Positions 9,539 to 18,329 of a DNA stretch of 54,734 bases are shown here, one piece after another. The notes below the pieces were generated by a model that searched no databases, was not told the origin of the DNA, and worked only from the letters and a program-made list of their open reading frames with translations. The translations under genes and the position numbers were made by a program. The first letter of the stretch is position 1, and each line of letters begins with the position of its first letter. Source of the stretch: an archaeon (lineage in GTDB: Archaea; Asgardarchaeota; Thorarchaeia; Thorarchaeales; Thorarchaeaceae); assembly GCA_024276825.1 (NCBI GenBank), contig JAJRWI010000071.1:1-54734 (forward strand). The letters run 5' to 3'.

Positions 9539-10794
9539 GTAAAATGAAGGTCCTTGTCAGGCAACTCAATGGCTGCAACCGGTGTGCTTGGCATCTACTG
9601 GCACTCGAGAGTTTTGATAGCATTTCACTTATCGGACACAGTCTGTTAGGAAATAATGATAACAATGAGAGAGTAGATGCAGTGATCCTCACTGGATTTG
9701 CAACCCGCAAAGACAGGGAGATGCTAGAAGGTTTCAGAGATAGGGCCGATCTAATTGCTTTATTCGGTACTTGTCCCTATACGGGTGGCATTTTTGGGCT
9801 TGCAAATCAACGTGGAGCATCAGTTCTCCCTGTTGAAGACCTTATTAAAGTAGACATGAATATCGCAGGGTGTCCACCAGGCGTTGGCACTTTAATCGAA
9901 ACACTCACGAAAGGCACTTCAACATTAATGAGCCCTCTCTGTTCGACCTGTAACCGAGAGTTTCAAAAGCAGTATCTCAAAGAGATTATCCATACTCCCT
10001 CATGGGATGATTCCACCACCTGTTTCAACAATCAAGGCCTTCCTTGTAGTGGTGTGGTTTCTGCTGAATGTGCTCAACGTTGCATAGACTTCAACACACC
10101 CTGTAGAGGATGTGTACCTAATGTCAATGATTCTGGACCTGGAGCTTTGGGATACTTCACCTCTCTGGCAGGACAGATGGATGTTGATACAAAGGCTACT
10201 GAATGGACTACTGATATGCTTGGGGACAAGCCCGATGAGATCACGAAAGGAATTCCTGATGTTGTTGGCACATTCTTTAGATATACATTAGCTCACGATT
10301 TTAAGAGAGCAGGGAGATTACCAACAACAGGTGGCCTTTGTTCAGACATAATGACGGGACGTTTGATTCAGGAGGCCCCTCAGATTGCTGCAACAATATA
10401 TGGTTCTCGGGGAATCTCGGTGGCATTGACTCTGATTGAGGCATATGAAAATGCAATTGGAGTGGAGCCATCGGAAAAGACAAGAGAGATACGCAGTGAA
10501 TTGAGAAAGATTCAGGCAACATGGACTAAATTGGAGAGAAAGCCCGATAGTAAGCGCTTTGCAGAAATTGTCAAGGCGCTCAAGACCTTTGCAGGAAATG
10601 AGGTGCTCTCCAATGTTTACTTTTCAGGATTCAAGGTTCCACTAAAGGATGTCGAATACACATTCGATGCATATTCCATCAGAGAGATTGATTGGAAGGC
10701 CGCATCAGGATATGCTGAAGATGAAAACTGTAAGGTCAGCATAACTGTAGATGATAGAGGGATAATTAGGGAGTGGTCTTGTGAGCTTCGATGA
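9535..10794 (+). CDS. MvhG-like hydrogenase small-subunit homolog with C-terminal extension resembling a degenerate large subunit
   Basis: GCNRC, GTCPYTGGI, GCPP, CSTC, CFNNQGLPCSG...CIDFNTPCRGC, DVVGTFFRY. The extension GRLIQEAPQIAATIYGSR...AYENAIGVEP resembles the large-subunit L1 region without its Cys ligands. Confidence 0.75.
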   Translation: MSKMKVLVRQLNGCNRCAWHLLALESFDSISLIGHSLLGNNDNNERVDAVILTGFATRKDREMLEGFRDRADLIALFGTCPYTGGIFGLANQRGASVLPVEDLIKVDMNIAGCPPGVGTLIETLTKGTSTLMSPLCSTCNREFQKQYLKEIIHTPSWDDSTTCFNNQGLPCSGVVSAECAQRCIDFNTPCRGCVPNVNDSGPGALGYFTSLAGQMDVDTKATEWTTDMLGDKPDEITKGIPDVVGTFFRYTLAHDFKRAGRLPTTGGLCSDIMTGRLIQEAPQIAATIYGSRGISVALTLIEAYENAIGVEPSEKTREIRSELRKIQATWTKLERKPDSKRFAEIVKALKTFAGNEVLSNVYFSGFKVPLKDVEYTFDAYSIREIDWKAASGYAEDENCKVSITVDDRGIIREWSCELR

Positions 10795-11824
10795 ACTAAA
10801 TGCACATGTGATAGATGCAGGACTATGCGAGGGTTGTGGGCTCTGTGTGGGTGCCTGCAAAGCAATAACCATAGAAGAAGGAGTTCCGCAACTTACAGGG
10901 AGATGTGTCCTGAAATCAGGTGCAAATGAGTGCGGACTCTGCTTCGAATTATGTCCACAGGCACATCCTGAAACCATTCAGGAAGATGTGATTGATAGTG
11001 TCATTACTGCTGTCTCGGTGAGGACCAAGGATAAGACAATTGCAGAAAAAACATCAAATGGTGGATTCGTAACCACTCTTTTCAAATATCTTCTTGAAAA
11101 AAGCAAGGTAAATGCAATTGTCGCAACAACGGGCGAGAAATACGCACCCCAAGGAACTGTTATCGATGACCTAAAGGAGCTTGATGAAACCATTGGCACC
11201 AGGTATTCTGAGTCTGGCGTAATGATAAGTCTCTTTGATGCAATTCGCAAACACAGGAGTAGAGTTGCAGTGGTTGGACTCCCTTGCGAACTTCGTGGTG
11301 TGTCCAGACTGGAACAGCGTATTAGTACAAATGTCATCAAGATTGGACTGTTTTGCACAAACAATCAGAGGGTTGATAAGAACGGAAAAAAGGTCAAGAT
11401 GAGCTCATGTGAGCACTGTACCGATTTCATAGCGACTCATGCTGACATTTCTGCTGGATTTGCAGGCAGTCAAAAAGGATTCACCTCGGTCATTGCTCTG
11501 ACTAACAAGGGCAATGAACTCTTGAATGAGTTGTTAAATGCTGAACTCTTTGAAACCGCAGAGGTCAGTTTTGACAAGATCAAAGCCGCACAAGCACGCA
11601 AGTTGAAGCGTGAAGCAGCTGAGATCACGCCCTCCCTGAGGGAGCGTGTTTTTGAGGAACTGAAACAATCAGGTCCTCTTGAAATAAAGACCTTGGCAGC
11701 GAGGCTCAACGCCCCATCTGATAAGGTCTTATATCATGTGCTTGTCCTTCAAGATCTTGGCAATGTGATACCTGTTGAGGACAAGCAGGACCCATATTCA
11801 ATATCATGGCAAGCAATCATGTAA
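10781..11824 (+). CDS. FrhB/FdhB-family (F420-interacting beta subunit-like) protein with N-terminal ferredoxin and C-terminal wHTH-like tail
   Basis: CEGCGLCVGAC, CGLCFELCP, NGGFVT, GTRY, VGLPCE, IGLFC, CEHCTDF, ADISAG. Confidence 0.8.
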   Translation: MSFDELNAHVIDAGLCEGCGLCVGACKAITIEEGVPQLTGRCVLKSGANECGLCFELCPQAHPETIQEDVIDSVITAVSVRTKDKTIAEKTSNGGFVTTLFKYLLEKSKVNAIVATTGEKYAPQGTVIDDLKELDETIGTRYSESGVMISLFDAIRKHRSRVAVVGLPCELRGVSRLEQRISTNVIKIGLFCTNNQRVDKNGKKVKMSSCEHCTDFIATHADISAGFAGSQKGFTSVIALTNKGNELLNELLNAELFETAEVSFDKIKAAQARKLKREAAEITPSLRERVFEELKQSGPLEIKTLAARLNAPSDKVLYHVLVLQDLGNVIPVEDKQDPYSISWQAIM

Positions 11825-11839
11825 AAGGAGTGAAAGAAA

Positions 11840-12073
11840 ATGGATTATGATGAAGAACTCGATGTACGTGGACAAGTATGTCCTTATCCAGCACTTAGAA
11901 CCAAAAAGGCTCTCATGAAGATGGCACCTGGTAAGGTCTTGAGAGTACTCATTGATCATCCACCTGCTGTTGACTCTGTTCAGCGGGAGATTGCAAAGAC
12001 CAAGAATGAGTTTCTTGGTGTTGAGGAAGAGGATGATGATGAGTGGGCGTTATACTTCAGGTGCGTGAAGTAG
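11840..12073 (+). CDS. tusA: TusA/SirA-family sulfur carrier
   Basis: LDVRGQVCPYP motif, 77 aa. Confidence 0.92.
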   Translation: MDYDEELDVRGQVCPYPALRTKKALMKMAPGKVLRVLIDHPPAVDSVQREIAKTKNEFLGVEEEDDDEWALYFRCVK

Positions 12074-12083
12074 GCGAGAGACC

Positions 12084-12452
12084 TTGGCAAAACTTGCATT
12101 TGTGGTTCAGACGGAGCCCTACAAGTTCGAGGCAATTGATACTATGTTGAATATGATTGATGCAGCTAAGAGGGCAGGACACGAGATACTCGGAGTGTTC
12201 TTTTTTGGCTCTGGTGTCTATTCATTGCAGAAGCACATAGATCCTGGAGTCACCGTACGAAACCTCATTGAGAAGATCAAAGAAAAAGTCGCTTCTGAAG
12301 GGGTCACCCTCATTGGCTGCACTACATGGATGTCAATGGATGGGATCTGCAATGAGAATAGAATGGAAGGTGTCAAGGTTGAAGGTCTCGGTGCACTGAC
12401 CGAGATTGCTGTTAAAGCAGACAAGCTGATTGTCTTTGGTCCTGGAGTGTGA
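12084..12452 (+). CDS. dsrE: DsrE/TusD-like protein
   Basis: QTEPY, GVFFFGSGVY, Cys in IGCTTW, EGLGALTEI..ADKLIVF. Confidence 0.78.
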   Translation: MAKLAFVVQTEPYKFEAIDTMLNMIDAAKRAGHEILGVFFFGSGVYSLQKHIDPGVTVRNLIEKIKEKVASEGVTLIGCTTWMSMDGICNENRMEGVKVEGLGALTEIAVKADKLIVFGPGV

Positions 12453-12823
12453 TGGCAATGAAATCAATTCTAATATGTTGCGATAAATCACCTCATGGAA
12501 CCAATATAACAGCGGAAGCTCTCAGGATTGCCTCGGGATTTCTGGGCCTTGGACCAACAATTGACTGCAAGATTGTATTTGATGAGGATGCAGTGTATTT
12601 CCTTGTCAAGAACACTAATACTGGTGGTCTTAAAGTAGATCCGCTCACTGAACCCCTAGAACTCCTCGATTTGGTGGATGCAGAGATCTTTGTGATTGAG
12701 AGAGCATTGAAAGAACGCGGTCTTACCAGAGAAGACTTGATCGACTACTCAAATCTGAACATCATTACAACAGCAGAGTTAGCTCGCATTGTCATGGGGG
12801 TTTCTACAGCATTTCACATGTGA
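12449..12823 (+). CDS. dsrF: DsrF/TusC-like protein
   Basis: KSPHGT...EALRIASG, FDEDAVYFL, ALKERGL. Confidence 0.78.
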   Translation: MMAMKSILICCDKSPHGTNITAEALRIASGFLGLGPTIDCKIVFDEDAVYFLVKNTNTGGLKVDPLTEPLELLDLVDAEIFVIERALKERGLTREDLIDYSNLNIITTAELARIVMGVSTAFHM

Positions 12824-12839
12824 TGCAGGAGGTACTACA

Positions 12840-13175
12840 ATGAAACTTGACCTGCTCTATCTATTTGGGTTTAGTCCGAGAATAACTGATAGACTCAACA
12901 AACTTCAGGGGTTCATATCTCATCAAATAAAGGCTGGAAAGACCGTGGGCATTGCATTTCTCCATGATGGTGTTGTCGGAGCTGGTCCAGGTGGCAGTTG
13001 TCCTGACTCGGTCATTGGCATACTCAAGAATGGAGTTAGGATCTTTGCCTTGGGACCTGACCTCGATGCAAGGGGTTTCAAAGACAAACAGTTGGAGAAA
13101 GGAATTCAGAGAATCAATTATGATGAGCTGATGCAACTCATTGTTGATTCAACTACTCTATGTTCATGGATGTGA
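12840..13175 (+). CDS. dsrH: DsrH/TusB-like protein
   Basis: FLHDGVV, ALGPDLDARG, INYDELMQLIV..W. ATG 12840 follows SD GGAGGT. Confidence 0.75.
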   Translation: MKLDLLYLFGFSPRITDRLNKLQGFISHQIKAGKTVGIAFLHDGVVGAGPGGSCPDSVIGILKNGVRIFALGPDLDARGFKDKQLEKGIQRINYDELMQLIVDSTTLCSWM

Positions 13176-13227
13176 AAGAATGACTTATAGGGAATATCAA
13201 GGATTCTATACAAGTTAGATAATTAGG

Positions 13228-13644
13228 GTGGACAAAATGACTGAGAAAATCTATGTTATCAGTTGCAGCCAAGATCTGGCTGGAATGGGGATTGATAGAA
13301 TGCGAAAGTCTGTTGAGGGACTTGAAGAGGCAGAAATCGCATTAGACTGGAGCAGGGTGCGTATTGTTCCTGTTATAGCCGCAGAAAAGACTGCATTTCA
13401 AGAGAATGAAACACACATTGTTCAGATCAAACCAATCAAGATCCCTGCTTATGCCATTGTCTTCCAATCATTTTATGGAGTCAATGGAATGGGACACCTG
13501 TTTTGCATTGGAGCTCTAACTTTCAAGAGATATGATGAGGAGAGGGAGGCTCATGTTGCAATGTTTCAGTCGAGAATAAGAGCCTCAGTACTACCAGGTG
13601 ACCTCCTTGGTCAAGTCCTGATAGTACCAGCGAAACGCACATGA
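13228..13644 (+). CDS. DUF22-like archaeal protein
   Basis: PVIAAEK...IKPIKIP...GHL...VLPGDLLGQVLIVP pattern resembles archaeal DUF22. Confidence 0.55.
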   Translation: MDKMTEKIYVISCSQDLAGMGIDRMRKSVEGLEEAEIALDWSRVRIVPVIAAEKTAFQENETHIVQIKPIKIPAYAIVFQSFYGVNGMGHLFCIGALTFKRYDEEREAHVAMFQSRIRASVLPGDLLGQVLIVPAKRT

Positions 13645-13646
13645 CA

Positions 13647-13946
13647 TCATGCTGTTATGACTTTGTCATATTGTTCCATAATCAGATCGACCATTCCTGA
13701 ATAGTCGACCAACTCAGCGGGAATGACCAATCGGTCAGAAATCCCGCGCTCCTCAATATGATCTTTTAATGCATAGACCTTTACTGCGAGGTCTTTCAAT
13801 TCTGCTGAGTGTGGACAACCCTTATCTAGAAGGTATGTCCCATCCTGAACTAATAGCAGCGCTATTTCTTGATTCGCCTTTTTTAGAGACTCGGTTATCT
13901 CTCTAAGGGTTTCACATTCATGAGATAGCCAGATTAGATACTTCAT
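13647..13946 (-). CDS. dsrH: DsrH/TusB-like protein (second copy)
   Basis: LLLVQDGTY, VYALKDHIEERGI, VDYSGMVDLI. Confidence 0.82.
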   Translation of the reverse strand: MKYLIWLSHECETLREITESLKKANQEIALLLVQDGTYLLDKGCPHSAELKDLAVKVYALKDHIEERGISDRLVIPAELVDYSGMVDLIMEQYDKVITA

Positions 13947-13957
13947 TTCATATCCTC

Positions 13958-14317
13958 CTAAAATGTAATTACGACCTCATTTTCAATAAAGGCCTTAGCA
14001 ATTCCATTTTCATCTAGAATTTCTACACCTTCAAAGATCTCGTCGTCAGAGATACCTCGTTCCTCCAGAGACCTCTTGCTAACTGTTATCCGTCCATCAA
14101 AACTCTCGTATGTGGATTTGAACATCATAATGGGCTTTGCGTCCATGTTCTTCAGTAGAGCATACACGCCATCACCCATGAACAACATCTGCGGCTCATG
14201 GTCCATTCCAATCATGCCAACTGCTGCACGCCAACCCTCAAAGTTGATAATCTTTCCAAACGGTCTGCTTCGAATAAGAACCAATACTTTTCGCTCTGTA
14301 AACTCCATTATCATCAC
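13958..14317 (-). CDS. dsrF: DsrF/TusC-like protein (second copy)
   Basis: RSRPFG..EGWRAAVG, FMGDGVYAL, SLEERGI. Confidence 0.82.
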   Translation of the reverse strand: MMIMEFTERKVLVLIRSRPFGKIINFEGWRAAVGMIGMDHEPQMLFMGDGVYALLKNMDAKPIMMFKSTYESFDGRITVSKRSLEERGISDDEIFEGVEILDENGIAKAFIENEVVITF

Positions 14318-14683
14318 CTATAATGAGAATGTTATGAATCTGTCAACCTCACCAATAATCTCTGCAAACTCTGTGAGTCCCGAAACCTCTACAACATCGA
14401 CGAAGTCAGAACCAGTTTGATCAAAGCCGCGAGCAGCGGTGCATAGGCCACAGGCTTGGAATTCAGCACCGAGATCAGCCAGTTCTTGTAAACGTTGGTT
14501 CATTGGCACATCAGGGTCTGGTTCCTGATCCAGCTTTGCATTGTTGACTCCATCTACAAACAGAAAGATCTTGACTCCATACCCCTTCTCGAGAGCAGTC
14601 CTTGCCAATTCGTATAAGGTATGGCTGTTTTGGTATGTATATGGAGATGATAGTAAAAGAAATCCTAATATTTTCTTCTCCAT
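14318..14683 (-). CDS. dsrE: DsrE/TusD-like protein (second triad)
   Basis: SSPY, IFLFVDGV, ACGLCTAARG, SGLTEFAEII. Confidence 0.85.
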   Translation of the reverse strand: MEKKILGFLLLSSPYTYQNSHTLYELARTALEKGYGVKIFLFVDGVNNAKLDQEPDPDVPMNQRLQELADLGAEFQACGLCTAARGFDQTGSDFVDVVEVSGLTEFAEIIGEVDRFITFSL

Positions 14684-14852
14684 GATTGTTTCACCGTAGA
14701 TATTTCAGCAAAACAAGGGGATTAAAAATTTGTCCAAATGGATAATTCAAGTGTACACAATCGAACACTAATTGGAATTAAAGTCTATCTTCTGAAACTT
14801 CCCCGAGGTCATGCTTGTACGACCTTGAGCATATCATGTTATGATGTTTATG

Positions 14853-15083
14853 CTAGCTGATCTTTTCCATCTGAACATTGAGTATTGCATCACAATATTG
14901 ACACATAATACTTGTAGGCCCAGCCCATTTGAGATTGTTTCCATCTATTGCAGCTCCGCAGTTGTCGCATTTTTGTGGAATACGTGGGATTAGCAATGTG
15001 GGACTTGTGCTGATTGATGATGATCTCCTGTCAGTCTTCTTTCTTTTCTTTGCTTTTTTTATTATCCTTGTTCCGCAGCCCAT
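14853..15083 (-). CDS. small Zn-ribbon protein (start uncertain)
   Basis: CDNCGA...CQYCD with a basic N-terminus. The longer ORF call overlaps copB and its promoter. Confidence 0.45.
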   Translation of the reverse strand: MGCGTRIIKKAKKRKKTDRRSSSISTSPTLLIPRIPQKCDNCGAAIDGNNLKWAGPTSIMCQYCDAILNVQMEKIS

Positions 15084-15133
15084 TATCTTCGCCTGATTGT
15101 TGATTTTCGCACCAGACTTGGTGTCAATGTAGA

Positions 15134-15179
15134 ATAGGTACAAAACAATACCTATAAATATATCGATGTAGATATATTT
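15134..15179. promoter_or_regulatory. tandem palindromes upstream of copB, candidate operator
   Basis: ATAGGTA-N8-TACCTAT (15134-15155) and AAATATATC-N6-GATATATTT (15156-15179). Confidence 0.4.
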
Positions 15180-15254
15180 TTTAAGATAGAACGGGTGAGA
15201 TACGCAAGACTCTGTCATAGTGCATTCATAATCGTTCATCGGGTGTGTGGTAAA

Positions 15255-17261
15255 ATGGAGCACAAGCACGATCACAAAGCAATGGGCCATGAGGACAAGA
15301 AGATAAGTCATCATGAGATGATGGCACTGGACTTCAAAAAGAGGTTCATAATATCGATGATTCTCACGCCCCCAGTGGTACTTCTCTCACCGCTGGTGAG
15401 AACTTTACTAGGACTTGATTTTCTATCATTCCCTGGAGACCTATTTGTACTCTTTGGGATTTCCACTATGGTATATATCTATGGCGGCTATCCATTTCTC
15501 AAAGGCCTTGTTAAAGAAGTAAGAAAACGAAATCTTGGAATGATGACATTAATCGGTGTAGCCATCTCGATTGCATATTTCTACAGTGCAGCGGTTGTAT
15601 TTGGACTTGAAGGCTCGATGTTTTTCTGGGAGCTAGTGACACTAATTGATATTATGCTGGTCGGTCATTGGATTGAAATGCGATCTGTAATGGGTGCATC
15701 ACGTGCACTAGAAGCACTTGTTAAACTACTACCAACAACAGCGCATCTACTGATTGATGATGATGGTACTACAAAGGAAGTTCCCACTTCAGAACTGAAA
15801 AAGGGTGACCTTGTTCTAATCAAGCCTGGTGAGAGAATCCCTTCTGATGGTGTTATTGTCAGAGGACAGACAAGTATGGATGAGTCAATGATAACAGGCG
15901 AGTCAAAGCCCGTTGAGAAGGGTCCAGGTGACATAGTAATTGGCGGGGCCATCAATGGCGATGGTAGTACAGTTGTGAAGATTACCAAGACTGGCAGCGA
16001 AACCTATCTTGCTCAAGTGATTGATCTAGTAAAAGAGGCTCAAGAGAGTCGGTCAAGAACACAGGATCTTGCTAATCGTGCTGCGTTCATATTGACTATC
16101 ATTGCACTTGTTGCAGGCTCTCTCACACTGAGCATATGGCTGACTGTAGGTCAAAACCTGCAGTTTGGAATTGAGCGCGCTGTCACTGTCATGGTCATCA
16201 CCTGTCCTCATGCATTAGGTCTTGCAGTTCCTCTGGTTGTTTCAGTATCAACATCGATATCGGCTCAGAATGGCTTGCTTGTGCGTGATAGAGCAGCCTT
16301 TGAACGTGCCCGCAACCTGCAGGCTATTGTGTTTGATAAGACAGGCACACTCACAGAGGGAAAATTCTCGGTTGTAGATGTTGTCACTTTTGGAAGCCTT
16401 AATGAAACCGATGTGCTAAGCTTTGCTGCGTCCATTGAAACCAATTCGGAACATCCGATTGCACAAGGAATTGTTCGTGGTGCTAAGGAGCGTAATGTCA
16501 AGATAAAGCAGGTGTCGAAGTTTAAGGCAATTCCAGGGAAAGGAGCATCAGGAGAGGTTGAAGGAAGACGAGTGTTGGTCGTTAGTCCAGGATATCTCAA
16601 GGAGCATGGAATGTTGCCCTCTAGCGAGAAGCTTGATGAATTGTCCCAGAAGGGACACACAGTTGTTTACGTTCTTATTGACGATAAGCTTGTAGGAGCC
16701 TTGGCTCTTGCTGATGTAATTAGATCAGAGTCTAAAGTCGCAATTTCAAGGCTTAAAGAGATGGGAATAAAATGCATGATGTTGACGGGTGATAATCGGC
16801 ATGTTGCTCAATGGGTCGCTGAAGAACTTGACCTTGATGACTATTTTGCTGAAGTTCTCCCCCATGAAAAATCAGAAAAGATCAAGGAGATACAAGCACG
16901 CGGCCTAATAGTTGCAATGGTTGGAGATGGAGTGAATGATGCCCCAGCTCTCGCTCAAGCTGATATCGGAATCGCGATCGGTGCTGGGACTGATGTGGCC
17001 ATTGAAACTGCGGATATCATTTTGGTCAAGAATGATCCCAACGATGCAGTGGCAATACTTGGCCTTTCCAAGGCAACATATACTAAGATGGTTCAAAACT
17101 TGCTATGGGCCACAGGATATAATGCAGCTGCAATACCTCTTGCAGCGGGAGTATTGTATTCATTCGGAATACTACTTAGTCCTGCAATGGGAGCAGTGCT
17201 TATGTCTCTGAGTACGGTCATTGTAGCAATAAATGCGCGACTTCTCAAGTTCAAGGAGTAG
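15255..17261 (+). CDS. copB: copper-exporting P1B-type ATPase (CPH type)
   Basis: His-rich N-terminus, TGES, ITCPHALGLA, DKTGT, SEHP, GDGVNDAP, YN and MSLS motifs. Confidence 0.93.
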   Translation: MEHKHDHKAMGHEDKKISHHEMMALDFKKRFIISMILTPPVVLLSPLVRTLLGLDFLSFPGDLFVLFGISTMVYIYGGYPFLKGLVKEVRKRNLGMMTLIGVAISIAYFYSAAVVFGLEGSMFFWELVTLIDIMLVGHWIEMRSVMGASRALEALVKLLPTTAHLLIDDDGTTKEVPTSELKKGDLVLIKPGERIPSDGVIVRGQTSMDESMITGESKPVEKGPGDIVIGGAINGDGSTVVKITKTGSETYLAQVIDLVKEAQESRSRTQDLANRAAFILTIIALVAGSLTLSIWLTVGQNLQFGIERAVTVMVITCPHALGLAVPLVVSVSTSISAQNGLLVRDRAAFERARNLQAIVFDKTGTLTEGKFSVVDVVTFGSLNETDVLSFAASIETNSEHPIAQGIVRGAKERNVKIKQVSKFKAIPGKGASGEVEGRRVLVVSPGYLKEHGMLPSSEKLDELSQKGHTVVYVLIDDKLVGALALADVIRSESKVAISRLKEMGIKCMMLTGDNRHVAQWVAEELDLDDYFAEVLPHEKSEKIKEIQARGLIVAMVGDGVNDAPALAQADIGIAIGAGTDVAIETADIILVKNDPNDAVAILGLSKATYTKMVQNLLWATGYNAAAIPLAAGVLYSFGILLSPAMGAVLMSLSTVIVAINARLLKFKE

Positions 17262-17292
17262 TACGAAACATCATGAGTGAAGGAATTGAATA

Positions 17293-18297
17293 ATGGCAAT
17301 TCATGAATATAGCAATAAATCGATAATAGTTGTTGCATGTGGACTAATCATGTTTGGATTGATGACAACTGGTTCAGTACAGGCCCTGACTCTCGATAAT
17401 CCTAGCTATGTCCTTGATCCGATTAACATAACAGCATATCTTAACAGTGATGGAACAACCTCAATCAGTCTTAGGGCCAGGGTCATCAATATTGGCAGTG
17501 AACCCATCAGTTCAATCGATATCCGCATAGACTCACTTGATATAACTCTAGTCAAGTCGACCATTAATGGACAGACTATGGACTCATCCTTGTCGGTGAT
17601 GGACAAACACACAATGATCACAATCTATAATCAAAAGGAGTTGGCAGTAAACGATTCAGTATGGATTAGCGCTGAACTTGTTTCAAACGACCTTCAGTTT
17701 AGTTTTGAGAACATTGTGGACATTGATTATCAATCAGCGAGCCTTGTATTTTACATGAAGCCTCATACATTCATCTCAAACTTTACATTCACAGCCATTC
17801 TGCCCAGCCATGCCATACTCATGCAGGAGTCTGTCATACCGCTATTTCCTAGATCCAATAACAACTTCACTGATGGAACAAATATGGGCTTCAGCTGGTT
17901 TGTTCAAGAACTTTATCCGGGACAGGAACGTGTCTTTATTGTAAGATATCAAATGTTCATTCCAGAACAAGCAACTGTTCAGAGTGATATTCTGACTTCT
18001 TCCTTTTTTATGATGATTGGGGCAATAATTGGAATTGCTATTGCTATGTCAGGACCCCGCGTGCTTTCAAAAATCAGACAACAGGGGTCAATGAATTATG
18101 TAGGCCTCACAACGGAAGAGGGGGCCATTCTAAGGGTCATCGAGCAACACGACGGAAAGTTCACCCAAAAGGAACTATATCGACAGTTGAATATTTCCGA
18201 GTCGAAACTTAGCTTGATATTAAGCGGTCTCGAAGAGCGTGAGATAATCAAAAGAGTTCGAAAAGGCCGTCAAAATACAATCTATGTGGTAAAATAA
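17293..18297 (+). CDS. membrane-anchored protein: extracellular domain, TM and cytoplasmic wHTH
   Basis: Signal-like N-terminus, beta-rich domain, TM near aa 236-254, LTTEEGAIL...QKELYRQLNISESKLSLILSGLEEREIIKRVRKGRQN. Confidence 0.75.
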   Translation: MAIHEYSNKSIIVVACGLIMFGLMTTGSVQALTLDNPSYVLDPINITAYLNSDGTTSISLRARVINIGSEPISSIDIRIDSLDITLVKSTINGQTMDSSLSVMDKHTMITIYNQKELAVNDSVWISAELVSNDLQFSFENIVDIDYQSASLVFYMKPHTFISNFTFTAILPSHAILMQESVIPLFPRSNNNFTDGTNMGFSWFVQELYPGQERVFIVRYQMFIPEQATVQSDILTSSFFMMIGAIIGIAIAMSGPRVLSKIRQQGSMNYVGLTTEEGAILRVIEQHDGKFTQKELYRQLNISESKLSLILSGLEEREIIKRVRKGRQNTIYVVK

Positions 18298-18329
18298 GAT
18301 GAATCAAATTATTAGATTATTGGAATATT

